A stretch of 64,000 bases of DNA from Terriglobia bacterium. GTDB lineage: Bacteria; Acidobacteriota; Terriglobia; Acidiferrales; UBA7541. Shown in pieces: positions 9,561 to 19,626 of this stretch (its first letter is position 1; each line of letters begins with the position of its first letter). Position numbers and translations under genes: made by a program. Below the pieces are notes generated by a model, which saw nothing but the letters and a program-made list of their open reading frames with translations, was not told the origin of the DNA and searched no databases. The stretch is from contig OY968796.1 in assembly GCA_963695545.1 (NCBI GenBank), positions 1,184,001 to 1,248,000 of the forward strand, given 5' to 3'.

Positions 9561-10157
9561 TTGCGTCCCCTGCCGTTTTCCGCCGGTCCCCTCTACGCGA
9601 TTCTTTTCTGGGGAGCCTACGGCTTGTGGATCGTCCTGGAAACCATCGGGGGCGCGACCAAACGTTCCGGCGAGAGCTCCAAGGGTCGCGACCGAGGCTC
9701 CTACAAGCTGATCATGATTCTGCTTTGGCTCGGCCTCGGATTGGACTTCGCATTTTCCTTTATCATTCCGAAAGCCACGATACTCTGGCACCGGCATTTG
9801 CTCTTCTTCGTGGGAATCGCACTGATGCTTGCGGGATTGGCCTTTCGTTTCTACTCCATGTCGATTTTGGGCCGATTCTTTACCTACGATGTCGCTATTC
9901 GCTCCGGACACACCGTCATCGAGTCCGGACCGTATCGCTATATCCGCCACCCGTCCTACACTGGCGCTTTCGTCACTCTCGCCGGACTGGGCCTGGCGCT
10001 CGGCAATTGGGCAGGCCTTCTCGCGCTTCTAGCCTGCATGGGAATTGCCTATGCGTATCGCGTGCACGTTGAAGAAGCCGCACTCGTCGCGGCCCTGGGC
10101 GAGCCTTACGCGCTTTACATGCGCCGCACACAACGCTTCGTTCCATTCTTGTTCTAG
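9561..10157 (+). CDS. Isoprenylcysteine carboxyl methyltransferase (ICMT) family membrane protein
   Basis: LGRFFT, GPYRYIRHPSYTG, EEAAL, RFVPFLF. Confidence 0.9.
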   Translation: MRPLPFSAGPLYAILFWGAYGLWIVLETIGGATKRSGESSKGRDRGSYKLIMILLWLGLGLDFAFSFIIPKATILWHRHLLFFVGIALMLAGLAFRFYSMSILGRFFTYDVAIRSGHTVIESGPYRYIRHPSYTGAFVTLAGLGLALGNWAGLLALLACMGIAYAYRVHVEEAALVAALGEPYALYMRRTQRFVPFLF

Positions 10158-10231
10158 AACGTGACTTCGCTCCAGTGAATTAAACCTACCGCCTCGGTTT
10201 CCAAATCGTCTAGACGCGCGCGAAGCGGCGA

Positions 10232-10705
10232 TTAAGCTTTTGGGTTGGATTTCGACGATTTTTTGGCCTTCGATCCGGAGGCCCGCCGCGCACCCGGCAC
10301 TTTCCCGATTCGAGCGTCCCCGGCCAGGATCAGCTCGCACGCGCGCAGCGCCGCCTCCTCGAAATCCTGCGCGTCGACTGGAAGCACTTGCCAGCCCGTG
10401 ATTTTCTTCCCCAGCAGTTGAATCGATCTCATATTCGGGAAATCGCGCCGCAAACTTTCGTGGTTTTCCACGTGAGTGGCCAACCAGACGCCGTTGTCTT
10501 CCGTAGAGGTGGGCCTGTCGCGGAGGATCAGAACAATCTTTTCCCCCACATAGACAGCGAGACACCCGAACATGGGATGTGTCCGCGGCGCGAGCGGAGC
10601 GATCGCGTCAAGCACAAATTCGTGCGGCACCCGCTTGCGTTTCTTTGCGCCGAAGAGCGTGTCATCCAGCGAAAGAAAATCCGTATTGCGGCGTGACTTC
10701 GGCAT
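10232..10705 (-). CDS. TfoX N-terminal-domain-like protein
   Basis: PMFGCLAVYVGEKIVLIL motif typical of TfoX_N-like proteins. Confidence 0.55.
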   Translation of the reverse strand: MPKSRRNTDFLSLDDTLFGAKKRKRVPHEFVLDAIAPLAPRTHPMFGCLAVYVGEKIVLILRDRPTSTEDNGVWLATHVENHESLRRDFPNMRSIQLLGKKITGWQVLPVDAQDFEEAALRACELILAGDARIGKVPGARRASGSKAKKSSKSNPKA

Positions 10706-10846
10706 GCGCGCGATGAATCGACTATCCCTTTTCTTCTGCTTCGAGCAAGCTCTGAATGTACCTTAATCTCGCTTCGCGCGGCGAGTCATCGACCGAGCAT
10801 TTTCGTCCGCGGCTTCAAGCAGCCGGTATCGCGGTATAATAGTTGA

Positions 10847-11410
10847 ATGGCTTGGGCCCAAAGTAACGCGCAGTCACCGCTCGCAATGCACGCAACCACT
10901 GTTCTCTGCGTGCGCCGCGACAATAAAGTAGTCCTCGCGGGCGACGGCCAGGTGACTCTGGGCGAGCACGTCATGAAACACACGGCGAAAAAAATCCGCC
11001 GGCTGTTTGAGGGCAAAGTTTTGGCCGGCTTCGCGGGTTCCACGGCCGACGCGCTTTCACTTTTCGAGCGCTTCGAGGGCAAGCTCCAGGAATTTCACGG
11101 CAATTTGCAGCGCGCCTCCGTCGAGCTCGCCAAGGAGTGGCGCAAAGACCGCGCGCTGCGCCACCTTGAAGCGCTGCTGATCGTGGCCGATTCCAAAGGC
11201 ACGTTTCTGCTCTCCGGAAATGGCGACGTCATCGAACCAGACGACGGCCTCTGCGCCATCGGCTCCGGCGGCCCTTATGCTCTTTCCGCCGCGCGAGCGC
11301 TCGCGCGCCACACGAAACTCGGCGCCAAGGAAATCGCGCAGGAAGCCATGCACGTGGCCAGCGAAATCTGCATCTATACGAATGGCAACGTCACGATCGA
11401 GGAGCTCTGA
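10847..11410 (+). CDS. hslV: ATP-dependent protease subunit HslV
   Basis: [34 protein letters not shown] at 10835-10840 just upstream suggests a leaderless start. Confidence 0.97.
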   Translation: MAWAQSNAQSPLAMHATTVLCVRRDNKVVLAGDGQVTLGEHVMKHTAKKIRRLFEGKVLAGFAGSTADALSLFERFEGKLQEFHGNLQRASVELAKEWRKDRALRHLEALLIVADSKGTFLLSGNGDVIEPDDGLCAIGSGGPYALSAARALARHTKLGAKEIAQEAMHVASEICIYTNGNVTIEEL

Positions 11411-11422
11411 GGCAACCGACCC

Positions 11423-12856
11423 ATGGTGATCTATCTTCCAGGTGAGCAGCGCGAACCGGAACCCGAGCCGCAGCCGTCCTTCGACGAGCTGACGCCGCGG
11501 GAAATCGTCGCCGAGCTCGATAAATACATCGTCGGTCAGGCCGCCGCCAAGCGCGCCGTGGCCGTGGCGCTGCGCAATCGCGTGCGCCGCCAGAAATTGC
11601 CCGCCGAGCTTGCCGAGGAAATCCTGCCGAAAAATATTTTAATGATCGGACCAACCGGCGTCGGCAAAACGGAAATCGCGCGGCGTCTCGCGCGCCTCGC
11701 CGGTTGCCCTTTCATCAAGGTCGAAGCCTCGAAATACACCGAAGTGGGCTACGTGGGCCGCGACGTCGAATCCATGGTGCGCGATCTGGTCGAGACCTCG
11801 ATCGATATGATCCGCGAAGAGAAGCTCGACGAAGTCGCAGAGCGCGCCGACCAAACCGCCGAGGAACGTGTTCTCGATCTGCTGTTGCCGCCGTCACCCG
11901 CGCCATCGCCCGCGTCACCGGACGCGCCGCTCTCCACGGGAATCGCGCCCTCGGATACGCTGCGCCGCGAGCCAACCGATCGCACGCGCGAAAAACTGCG
12001 CGCGCAGTTGCGTGAAGGCAAACTCGATCAGCGCATGGTCGAAGTCGAAGTGCGCGAGCGCGCCATGCCTTCCTTCGAGATCATCACCAACCAGGGCGTC
12101 GAGGAAATGGACGTCAACGTCAAGGACATGCTCTCCGGCCTCTTCGGGCAGCAGAAAAAGAAACGCAAGATGACCGTCGCCGACGCCTTCGAGTACTTGA
12201 TCCAGGAGGAAGAAAACAAACTCATCGACATGGATCAGGTCACGCGTGCGGCCGTCGAGCGCGCCGAACAAATGGGCATCATCTTTATCGACGAAATCGA
12301 CAAAGTCGCCGGACGCGAATCGGGGCACGGGCCCGACGTCTCTCGCGAAGGCGTGCAGCGCGATATCCTGCCCATCGTCGAAGGCACCACCGTGAACACG
12401 CGCTACGGAATGATCCGCACCGACCACATTCTGTTCATCGCCGCCGGCGCGTTCCACGTCACCAAGCCGTCCGATCTGATCCCTGAGCTTCAGGGCCGCT
12501 TGCCGATCCGCGTCGAGCTTTCCGCGCTGCGCGAAGAGGATTTCGTGCGCATCCTCACCGAGCCCAAAAACGCGCTGCTCAAGCAGTACACCGCGCTGCT
12601 GGAAACCGAAGGCGTGAAGCTCAGCTTCACCGACGACGCCGTCGCCGCCGTGGCGCGCTTCGCCGTGCAGGTAAATGAACAAACCGAAAATATCGGCGCG
12701 CGACGCTTGCACACCATTCTCGAGCGCCTGCTCGACGAAATTTCGTTCGAGGCGCCCGAATTGAAAAAGAAAAACGTGAAAGTCGACGGCGCCTACGTCT
12801 CAAAGCAACTCGCTGAAATCGTCAAGAACCAGGACCTCAGCCGGTACATCCTCTGA
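11423..12856 (+). CDS. hslU: ATP-dependent protease ATPase subunit HslU
   Basis: [47 protein letters not shown]. Confidence 0.98.
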   Translation: MVIYLPGEQREPEPEPQPSFDELTPREIVAELDKYIVGQAAAKRAVAVALRNRVRRQKLPAELAEEILPKNILMIGPTGVGKTEIARRLARLAGCPFIKVEASKYTEVGYVGRDVESMVRDLVETSIDMIREEKLDEVAERADQTAEERVLDLLLPPSPAPSPASPDAPLSTGIAPSDTLRREPTDRTREKLRAQLREGKLDQRMVEVEVRERAMPSFEIITNQGVEEMDVNVKDMLSGLFGQQKKKRKMTVADAFEYLIQEEENKLIDMDQVTRAAVERAEQMGIIFIDEIDKVAGRESGHGPDVSREGVQRDILPIVEGTTVNTRYGMIRTDHILFIAAGAFHVTKPSDLIPELQGRLPIRVELSALREEDFVRILTEPKNALLKQYTALLETEGVKLSFTDDAVAAVARFAVQVNEQTENIGARRLHTILERLLDEISFEAPELKKKNVKVDGAYVSKQLAEIVKNQDLSRYIL

Positions 12857-12873
12857 CGGCTCGCGAAGCGGAT

Positions 12874-14115
12874 ATGCGCGCCTCGGTTCTCCATTCCATA
12901 CCACAACGCCTCGTTCCCGCCTTCAGCACACAGCGTGGCTTGAAGCGCCGCGCACCGCGCAGATCAGAATTGCGCCGTGGTTCAGAAATTCCCGAACGCA
13001 TTGGCGGCCGCACTGGAATCGCGTTGCTCCTCGCGCTCGCAACTTTCGCCGTCGCTGGCTGCGGCGCGCCCGGTGAGCCTGAACCGCCAAAACCAATCGT
13101 GCCGCAACCCGTCGCCGATCTCGCCGCGCGGCAGCAAGGCGACACCGTAATCCTGACCTTCACGCTGCCGGCTCGTTCGACCGAAAATGAGAATTTGGAC
13201 GGCGTTCCCACGGTTGAGATTTACCGCGGCATGCTCGCTGCGGGAGAAGCGGGCCATAAAACAACTACGCATCTCGTCTACACAATTCCTGCCGCGCTCG
13301 TGGATACCTATCTCTCCGGCGAACATTTGGAATTTCGCGATCCATTTCACACCGATGATCTCGCGCGCGAAGCCGGCGCGAGCATGGTGTACATGGTGCG
13401 CACGAACGTCTCGCGCCGGCACGATTCCGCCGATTCCAACATCGCCGAAACGCAAATCTATCCCGTGCCCGCTCCACCCGTCGCGCTGCGTGCTGTCGTC
13501 ACCGAGCACGCGATCGAAGTCGCCTGGGACGCTCCCGCGGCGGCCTCGGGAATTTCAGGCTACCGCGTTTATCGCGGCGAACTCGCATCCGATTCCCCGC
13601 CGAACGAAACCGATCTCGCCAAAATGAAATTCGTTTCGCCGCTCGCGCTCGCGGGACCGGCATCCGAAACAGCCTTCGACGACGCGCAGTTTGAGTTCGG
13701 CCACACCTACGTCTATATCGTGCGCAGTGTGGCGCAATACGGACCGAACGAAGTTGAATCGGACGATTCCGCGCCCGCTATCGTCACCCCGCGCGACACA
13801 TTCCCTCCCGCCGCGCCGCGCGGCCTCGAAGCAATTTACGTCCCGGCAACCGCCGGGGCGCCTGCCGACATCGAACTCTCGTGGGACATCAGCCCGGAAT
13901 CGGACCTGGCCGGTTACAACGTCTATCGCAGTGAACAACCGGGCACACGAGGCCAGAGATTAAACCCGGAATTGTTGCCCAGCCCGGCGTTTCGTGATAT
14001 TCAGGTGGCCGCCGACAAGCATTACTTCTATTCGGTTTCCGCCGTCGATCGGGCTGGCAATGAAAGCTCCCTGAGCCCCGCGGTTTCCGCAGAAGTCCCG
14101 GCGAATTCGCCGTAG
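12874..14115 (+). CDS. Fibronectin type III domain lipoprotein (start uncertain)
   Basis: Lipobox VAGC; FN3-like motifs GYRVYR, DLAGYNVYR, YSVSAVDRAGNES. Confidence 0.8.
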   Translation: MRASVLHSIPQRLVPAFSTQRGLKRRAPRRSELRRGSEIPERIGGRTGIALLLALATFAVAGCGAPGEPEPPKPIVPQPVADLAARQQGDTVILTFTLPARSTENENLDGVPTVEIYRGMLAAGEAGHKTTTHLVYTIPAALVDTYLSGEHLEFRDPFHTDDLAREAGASMVYMVRTNVSRRHDSADSNIAETQIYPVPAPPVALRAVVTEHAIEVAWDAPAAASGISGYRVYRGELASDSPPNETDLAKMKFVSPLALAGPASETAFDDAQFEFGHTYVYIVRSVAQYGPNEVESDDSAPAIVTPRDTFPPAAPRGLEAIYVPATAGAPADIELSWDISPESDLAGYNVYRSEQPGTRGQRLNPELLPSPAFRDIQVAADKHYFYSVSAVDRAGNESSLSPAVSAEVPANSP

Positions 14116-14149
14116 GCAGCTAGGCTCCGCAAGGAAAAAAGAAAGAGGC

Positions 14150-14614
14150 GTGAAGGCGATGACCCGAACTCAATTCTCGGGCATAGAGAGATTTTTCTCG
14201 CTGCGCGGCGCGACGCTGCGCACCGGAATCTTCACGGGCCTCGCGCTTTCCGCGGTGCTGGTGGCGTGGGTGCTCGTAGCCAATCGCGTCGCGCAACTTG
14301 AATCCTTCGCGCTCGAGCGCAATTGCGCCGCCGTCGGCGCGTTGCTGGCGCTGATGGCCATTCCGGTTTGCCGGTTCGTGAAATCTCCACGCGCGCTGTT
14401 TATTTCCGGCGTTGCCGCCTGGACGATTTTGACGTTCGCGTATATGGCGTTGGAAGTGTTTTTTCCGCGCCTCGAAGATCGAATGGGGCCGTTGCAACTC
14501 TTCATGCTCGGAGCGACATCCTACGGGCTTCTGGCCGTAATCGGTTGGGTGATCGGCATTATCCGCCTCGCGCGTCACCAGCCCCTGGTAGCGACGCGGC
14601 GCAGACATCCCTGA
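14150..14614 (+). CDS. Hypothetical four-TM membrane protein
   Basis: RBS-like AAGAGG before GTG; four hydrophobic segments. Confidence 0.65.
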   Translation: MKAMTRTQFSGIERFFSLRGATLRTGIFTGLALSAVLVAWVLVANRVAQLESFALERNCAAVGALLALMAIPVCRFVKSPRALFISGVAAWTILTFAYMALEVFFPRLEDRMGPLQLFMLGATSYGLLAVIGWVIGIIRLARHQPLVATRRRHP

Positions 14615-14714
14615 TCCTCGCTCGCGCCGTCCCGCTGATCTGTCTCCTTCGGCGTTGTGATTTCCCGCAACGATCCCAACCCGACCCGTGGGCGGTCCAG
14701 CCTTTGACCTGAGG

Positions 14715-14881
14715 TGGGGGGTAGCGCACCCTTTGCCCGCGTCTGTAGTTTTTCAGTCCTCACGCGCAGATTCTACTAATAGCGACCTTCACCCTGGAGT
14801 AACATCGGGCGTCTGTCGGGCTGCGGTGTGCGCAGCCCGGGGTGGCCCATCCTTTGTCCGCTGCGGCGGACAAAGGGTGGG
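14715..14881 (+). repeat. Left long inverted flank of RAYT, ending in REP hairpin GGGTGG-CCCATCCTTTGTCCGC-tgcg-GCGGACAAAGGGTGGG (14840-14881)
   Basis: Imperfect reverse-complement match over ~165 bp to 15480-15645. Confidence 0.85.
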
Positions 14882-14898
14882 TCCGTGGGCTCCCCTTG

Positions 14899-15456
14899 AT
14901 GCCCTGGAATCTCAAATGCTACTACGGCAGCCAAGACCTCCATTTCCTTACGTACACGTGCTACCGGCGGTTGCCACTTCTTTCCTCCGCGCGCGCCAGA
15001 AACGTGTTCGTTGAGATTCTCGCGGAAGTCCGCGATGGCTACGGTTTTCTTCTCGCCGGATACGTCGTGATGCCTAACCACGTTCATCTCCTGATCGGCG
15101 AACCCGCGAAAGGAACGCCTTCCACCGTGATGCAAGTGCTCAAGCAAAGAGTCTCGCGCCGCCTGCGCGCCAGGAAGAGGCGCGCGCCGCAAACGCAACT
15201 CCAGCTCGCATTCGTCGAAGGCGAACTCATGCCGCGGCAATTCTGGCAGCGCAGATTTCACGATTTCAACCTGTGGAGTCACAAGAAAATAATCGAAAAG
15301 CTCGAATACGTGCACATGAATCCGGTGAAGAACAACCTGGTGGAACATTCGAAGCACCGCGCTCCGCGCGGGCCGGCAAAGGACTGGCCGTGGAGCAGTT
15401 GGTCGTACTACGCGAAGGGCGAGCAAGGACTCGTCCGGATCGACGAGAGTTCGTAG
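14899..15456 (+). mobile_element. REP-associated tyrosine transposase (RAYT, HUH Y1 family)
   Basis: HFLTYTC, YVVMPNHVHLLI (HUH), FWQRRFHD, EYVHMNPV (catalytic Tyr), WPWSS; flanked by REP hairpins. Confidence 0.92.
15350..15376 (+). repeat. 27-bp hairpin micro-repeat, in-frame copy within RAYT
   Basis: CGAAGCACCGCGCTCCGCGCGGGCCGG vs TAAAGCAATGCGCTCCGCGCAGGCCGG, with a compensatory T-A to C-G change in the stem. Confidence 0.75.
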
Positions 15457-15479
15457 AAGCGATCCCGGAAATCGAAAGC

Positions 15480-15645
15480 CCCACCCGTTGTCCGCTGCGG
15501 CGGACAAAGAATGGGCACCCCGGGCTGCACAAGGCGCAGTCCGCCAGACGCGCCACGTTACTCCAAGGTGAAGGTCGTTAGTGGTATCATTCGCGCGTGG
15601 AGCACGAGAATCGCGAGACGCCCATATAGGGTCTGCCACCCGCCC
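15480..15645 (-). repeat. Right long inverted flank of RAYT with REP hairpin (15480-15520)
   Basis: CCCACCCGTTGTCCGCTGCGGCGGACAAAGAATGGGCACCC then sequence complementary to the left flank, ending CCACCCGCCC. Confidence 0.85.
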
Positions 15646-16119
15646 GTGCAGAACGTACAGAGCTTCCGCGCTTCCCCGGGGTGCACGGCAGCAGTCACAG
15701 CCCTCTCGACGGTTGCCGGAGCCTACGCCGGGGCATCGGTTCTCGGCCCCTTGCTAGCGCCGGCAGGCGCTGCTGCAGGGGCGCCGGGAGGGCCGCCAGG
15801 CGCCGCCGCGGGAGTCGCGGCGGCAGAGGTCGCCGGCGCTGCGGCAGGCGGGGCTGCCGGCCACGCAATCGCCCCAGCCGTTTCAAATATAATGTGCTCC
15901 TCCGGCACGGGGAGCGGAGGCCAGAGCGGCGGGTCGCGCGGCGGAGGCAGTGGGCAGAGAGAGAACCGGGCATTTAAAGAGGCAGTTAGGAGGATCAATC
16001 AGGATAGACGGGAGCCGTTGACCCCGGACCAGGTTCGAGCGCTTCACGACGAAATCCCGAACCAAGGATTTAGCCTTGATGAGATAGTGGAAATCGGCAA
16101 GGGAATGTTCAGGAACTGA
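15646..16119 (+). CDS. Orphan polymorphic-toxin C-terminal tip (Rhs-CT-like fragment)
   Basis: Gly/Ala-rich hydrophobic linker, GS linker, then a small charged domain NRAFKEAVRRI...LHDEI...EIVEIG; no Rhs core; followed 12 bp later by a small acidic gene. Confidence 0.6.
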   Translation: MQNVQSFRASPGCTAAVTALSTVAGAYAGASVLGPLLAPAGAAAGAPGGPPGAAAGVAAAEVAGAAAGGAAGHAIAPAVSNIMCSSGTGSGGQSGGSRGGGSGQRENRAFKEAVRRINQDRREPLTPDQVRALHDEIPNQGFSLDEIVEIGKGMFRN

Positions 16120-16131
16120 GGACGGAAAACC

Positions 16132-16623
16132 ATGAGTGCTGCAAACGCGGAGATTATGGAAATCGTATCGACTCTAAAGGGCAAGGCGCCCTGGGGGGTC
16201 CGCTTGGGTCATGGTTCGTTCGTAACGATGGAGTTTGGAGACCCGGATCCCAGAGCAGGCGGTCGGGTCATCCATGGCGAGTGGCACCTGTGGCTGTACA
16301 TGTGTAACTGGAGGATCGAGGCCAAACACAGGATTTTCGCGGGATCAAACGACGACCGCAAAGCGATTGAGGCAACGCTGGGAGATTTATCGTTTGACAG
16401 CATCGAATCGATCGACGTTATACAGCCGTCGCTAGATCTCTCCATTCAGTTCCGGTCAGGGATAAGGATACTTACATTTTCGTCTTCCTCTGATCACGAT
16501 GAAGAAGAGTGGAAGCTATTTACCCCCGGCGGGAAATGCCTGCTGGCGTACGGCGACGGCACCTATGAGTACGCCAGAAGCGACGAACCTAGTCCACGGA
16601 CGAGCGGCGGCCCCGAGGCCTAG
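16132..16623 (+). CDS. Putative immunity protein
   Basis: GAGG RBS; acidic 163 aa with GEWHLWLYMCNWRI and EEWKLFTP; directly downstream of the toxin-like tip. Confidence 0.6.
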   Translation: MSAANAEIMEIVSTLKGKAPWGVRLGHGSFVTMEFGDPDPRAGGRVIHGEWHLWLYMCNWRIEAKHRIFAGSNDDRKAIEATLGDLSFDSIESIDVIQPSLDLSIQFRSGIRILTFSSSSDHDEEEWKLFTPGGKCLLAYGDGTYEYARSDEPSPRTSGGPEA

Positions 16624-16626
16624 ATC

Positions 16627-16654
16627 GGCGGGTGGCGCAGCCTTTGACGTGAGG
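16627..16654 (+). repeat. REP half-site closing the toxin/immunity cassette
   Basis: GGCGGGTGG is the exact reverse complement of CCACCCGCC at 15636-15644; 16630-16654 matches 14690-14714 at 21/25. Confidence 0.75.
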
Positions 16655-16732
16655 GTGGCCCTCGATAAGAACGAAGGCGCTGTCAAGGCGCAGAACGCAC
16701 GTCCCGGTGTTTTACCACCGCGGCGTTGCCAC

Positions 16733-16908
16733 AGAAGATGGAGGACCAAGACTCTGGAAATCTCACGGTAAATCATTTCGCTATGCCCCACACCAACCGT
16801 ATTCGAATAATAACTTATAGATAATATTGACATTACATTGCCGCCCGTGCTATCATGTTGCATGAGCCTCGTACCGCACCTCTCATCCGCATTCCCGCGC
16901 AAGATTTT
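16733..16908 (+). repeat. 176-bp promoter-bearing element, copy 1 (TTGACA 16827-16832, TATCAT 16851-16856)
   Basis: Ungapped inverted homology to 21222-21397, including a 28-bp exact core TAAATCATTTCGCTATGCCCCACACCAA. Confidence 0.85.
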
Positions 16909-17395
16909 TCCGTTCGGGCCCGGCTCAGCCGCGCAAATCCTGGCGGACAACTTTACGCCCGCACGTCGGAGCCTGCCTGCCGCCCGCCCTGCTCGGCCTA
17001 CAAAATCCCATCGATTGACCACAACCGAACCGTGCTTACCCGCACAAACGCGTCGCCGTAAACCGCTGATTCCAAACCAAATGCAAAAGAGTGCGCATCT
17101 TGCTGAAAATAAACGCTCGCAAGCCCATTGCGCTCAATCTCTTGCGCACTCTTTCTCACTCTTTTCCCGCAAGCCCTGTATTTGCCGCTCTTACGCAAAA
17201 GATACCCGGGGGTGTACCCCCCTCCAGCCGCGATCTCGCTCCCGCAACACGCATCACAAGCTCATCTCAGCCCGCAGTGACGGGGAGGTCGGCTCTCGGC
17301 GTTTCGACGGTCAAAACCTGCGTCCCACTGGCTGCGTGGAAGGCCTTCCGCGGTTCCTGTAAACTATCCGCGGCACAACGCCTAAAAGGGACATC

Positions 17396-18208
17396 ATGAA
17401 ATTTTGCCGATTCCAATTGCTTGAATTCAATGCCGCCGCGGCCGGCCGCTCCGGCGAAACCGTGCATCCCGAGCCGCGCATCGGCCGCGTCGAAGGCGAC
17501 ACGGTTCACGAACTCTCCGGCAGCCTGCTTGGCGAGAACAAGGCTTCCGGCCACACGTGGAAACTTTCCGAAGTGGCTCTGCTGCCGCCGTCGGTGCCCA
17601 CCAAAATCGTTTGCGTCGGGCGCAATTACCTCGAACACGCCGCCGAATTCAACAGCGAAGTTCCCAAGGAGCCGCTGATCTTTCTGAAACCGCCCTCCGC
17701 AATTATTGCGTCCGGAGAAACAATCGTTCTGCCCGCGATTTCCAAGCGCGTCGATTACGAAGGCGAGCTGTGCGTGGTGATCGCGCGGCGCTGCCGAAAA
17801 TTGTCCGATACGGACGACGTTCGCCCGTACATCGCCGGATACACCTGCTTGAACGACGTCAGCGCGCGCGATTTGCAATTCACGGATCCGCAATGGACGC
17901 GCGCGAAAGGATTTGACACGTTCTGCCCGTTCGGTCCCGTGCTCGAGACTGAACTCGATCTCAAGCACACCACGGTTGAGACTTACCTCAATGGCGTTAA
18001 GAAACAGTCCGCGCCGACCACGGACATGATTTTTTCCGTTGATGTTATAATTCGCTGGATCTCGCGCGTGATGACGTTCGAGCCGGGCGACATCATTGCC
18101 ACTGGCACGCCCTCGGGCGTCGGTCCGCTGGCCGCGGGCGACATCGTGGAAGTCGTCGTCAGCGGCGTCGGCACGCTGCGCAATTCGGTTCAGGCGGCGA
18201 ACTCTTAG
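17396..18208 (+). CDS. Fumarylacetoacetate hydrolase family protein
   Basis: KIVCVGRNY, FLKP, DYEGEL, NDVSARDLQ, AKGFDTFCPFGP, TGTPSGVG. Confidence 0.95.
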   Translation: MKFCRFQLLEFNAAAAGRSGETVHPEPRIGRVEGDTVHELSGSLLGENKASGHTWKLSEVALLPPSVPTKIVCVGRNYLEHAAEFNSEVPKEPLIFLKPPSAIIASGETIVLPAISKRVDYEGELCVVIARRCRKLSDTDDVRPYIAGYTCLNDVSARDLQFTDPQWTRAKGFDTFCPFGPVLETELDLKHTTVETYLNGVKKQSAPTTDMIFSVDVIIRWISRVMTFEPGDIIATGTPSGVGPLAAGDIVEVVVSGVGTLRNSVQAANS

Positions 18209-18239
18209 CGCCAGCCGCGATGCGCGGACAAACAGGAAT

Positions 18240-18707
18240 GAATTGAAGGCGCTCACCGACGATTGGAGGCTCCTTGCCGCAGCGGGCGCGGCCGTCGCGG
18301 TGGCGATTGCCGTCGCGTCGTACGCGAAATTTCGCCGCCGCCCCGATGCCGACGAGATCGAGCGCAGGCGGCGCGCGCACGTGAATCAGATAGGACGCAT
18401 CGCCGAAGGACGCGTCACGGAACTCGCGGAGGTTCCGCCGTCCGCCGCGCCGAACGCTCGCTTCGGGATGTTTCGCGGCGCCGACAAAAATTCCGCCAAC
18501 CGCGCGGCGCGCAACCGAAAACTTCTCTGGTACACCTACTCGATTTCCGGCGTCACGTACGAAACCGCGCAGGACATCACCGGTCTTGAACATCGCGCCG
18601 CCGGACGCGGGCAATTGCTCTCCGGTCAACTAGCAAGCGTGAAGTACGATCCGGCGAACCCGAGCAATTCCATCCTGGTATCGGAAGACTGGTCGGGCCT
18701 GCACTAG
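18240..18707 (+). CDS. Membrane-anchored hypothetical protein (start uncertain)
   Basis: N-terminal TM helix; YTYSISGVTYE...VKYDPANPSNS resembles DUF3592-type OB-like domains. Confidence 0.6.
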   Translation, partial: ELKALTDDWRLLAAAGAAVAVAIAVASYAKFRRRPDADEIERRRRAHVNQIGRIAEGRVTELAEVPPSAAPNARFGMFRGADKNSANRAARNRKLLWYTYSISGVTYETAQDITGLEHRAAGRGQLLSGQLASVKYDPANPSNSILVSEDWSGLH

Positions 18708-18762
18708 CTCGCATCGCGCACCGCGCTCGAATCAACTGAAGCGGCGGAGACCGCTGATTCAG

Positions 18763-19047
18763 ATGTCGCAAATGCCCCGAAAAATCGCGATCGGCGTGTT
18801 CGCAGTGGTCGCAGCATTCAGCGTTCTGCTGGCTGCATCGGTCGCGGTTGTTTTTGCCACGCTGCGCATCGAGCGCATCGCAGCTCCTGCCGCGCACGCG
18901 GTCGCAGCCTTCGGCGAGCTGATTCTTGGCGCGGCCGTGCTGCTCGTGGCCGTCTACATCTCGACGCGCGTCGTCGTTCGCTCCCTCGCGACGGAAGTCG
19001 GCACTACTGGACGGCGCGACCTAACACCTCCCAAGCAAAAACCCTGA
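18763..19047 (+). CDS. Small two-TM hypothetical protein
   Basis: GGAG RBS; two hydrophobic helices. Confidence 0.55.
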   Translation: MSQMPRKIAIGVFAVVAAFSVLLAASVAVVFATLRIERIAAPAAHAVAAFGELILGAAVLLVAVYISTRVVVRSLATEVGTTGRRDLTPPKQKP

Positions 19048-19570
19048 AAGATTGGTGGGTAGGATGTATCAGTCCTCCACGGCGGGCTTCGATCCGCTCT
19101 GACAATCTCATTTGGAGAACGTTTCCCGCGATCGCCTGGAAGGACTCAACCAGAGGAGTGAGATCAATCCTGGCCGGATCATGCTCATATCCGATTACGA
19201 GTACCGCTCGACGCTCAGACCCTGAATACTCCAGCAGTTTGTAGCAATCGCCGATCGTGCTGACGTTTCCGGGATAGGGGTGTAAAAGATTGACCGACCA
19301 ATTCTCCGCTTCCTTGCCGTTGTCTCCAAATGGACGCGTGATCTTGACTTCGACTGCCCACTCGCCCGGGACGAGGAGATCTGAAGTTCTCTTTGTCCGG
19401 ACGCTCCCCCGATACCTCGGCAGCGTGTTTAAGTGCAATGAGATGCGCTTGACCAACTGAGGTTCGCCATACGGTCCAACACCCGGCTGGAACGCCCGAA
19501 AGTTCTCGTGAGACGCATCGACCTGAACGAGCGCGTCGCTGATATCCGAGACTAGTTCTTGCAAGGTCAT
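19004..19570 (-). CDS. Hypothetical protein, possible PD-(D/E)XK nuclease fold
   Basis: E(PQLV)...SDLLVPGEWAVEVK matches the (P)D-x(n)-EVK pattern. Confidence 0.5.
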   Translation of the reverse strand: MTLQELVSDISDALVQVDASHENFRAFQPGVGPYGEPQLVKRISLHLNTLPRYRGSVRTKRTSDLLVPGEWAVEVKITRPFGDNGKEAENWSVNLLHPYPGNVSTIGDCYKLLEYSGSERRAVLVIGYEHDPARIDLTPLVESFQAIAGNVLQMRLSERIEARRGGLIHPTHQSFRVFAWEVLGRAVQ

Positions 19571-19626
19571 TGGCGAACCATTGTGAGAAGCGATTAGATG
19601 GCCAGTACCGCCTTTCCCTCCCTGAG

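Noticed and set aside
14776..15639. 287-aa antisense ORF across the RAYT with internally repeated peptides
   Set aside because: The repetition is a by-product of the inverted DNA flanks; the RAYT is on the opposite strand.
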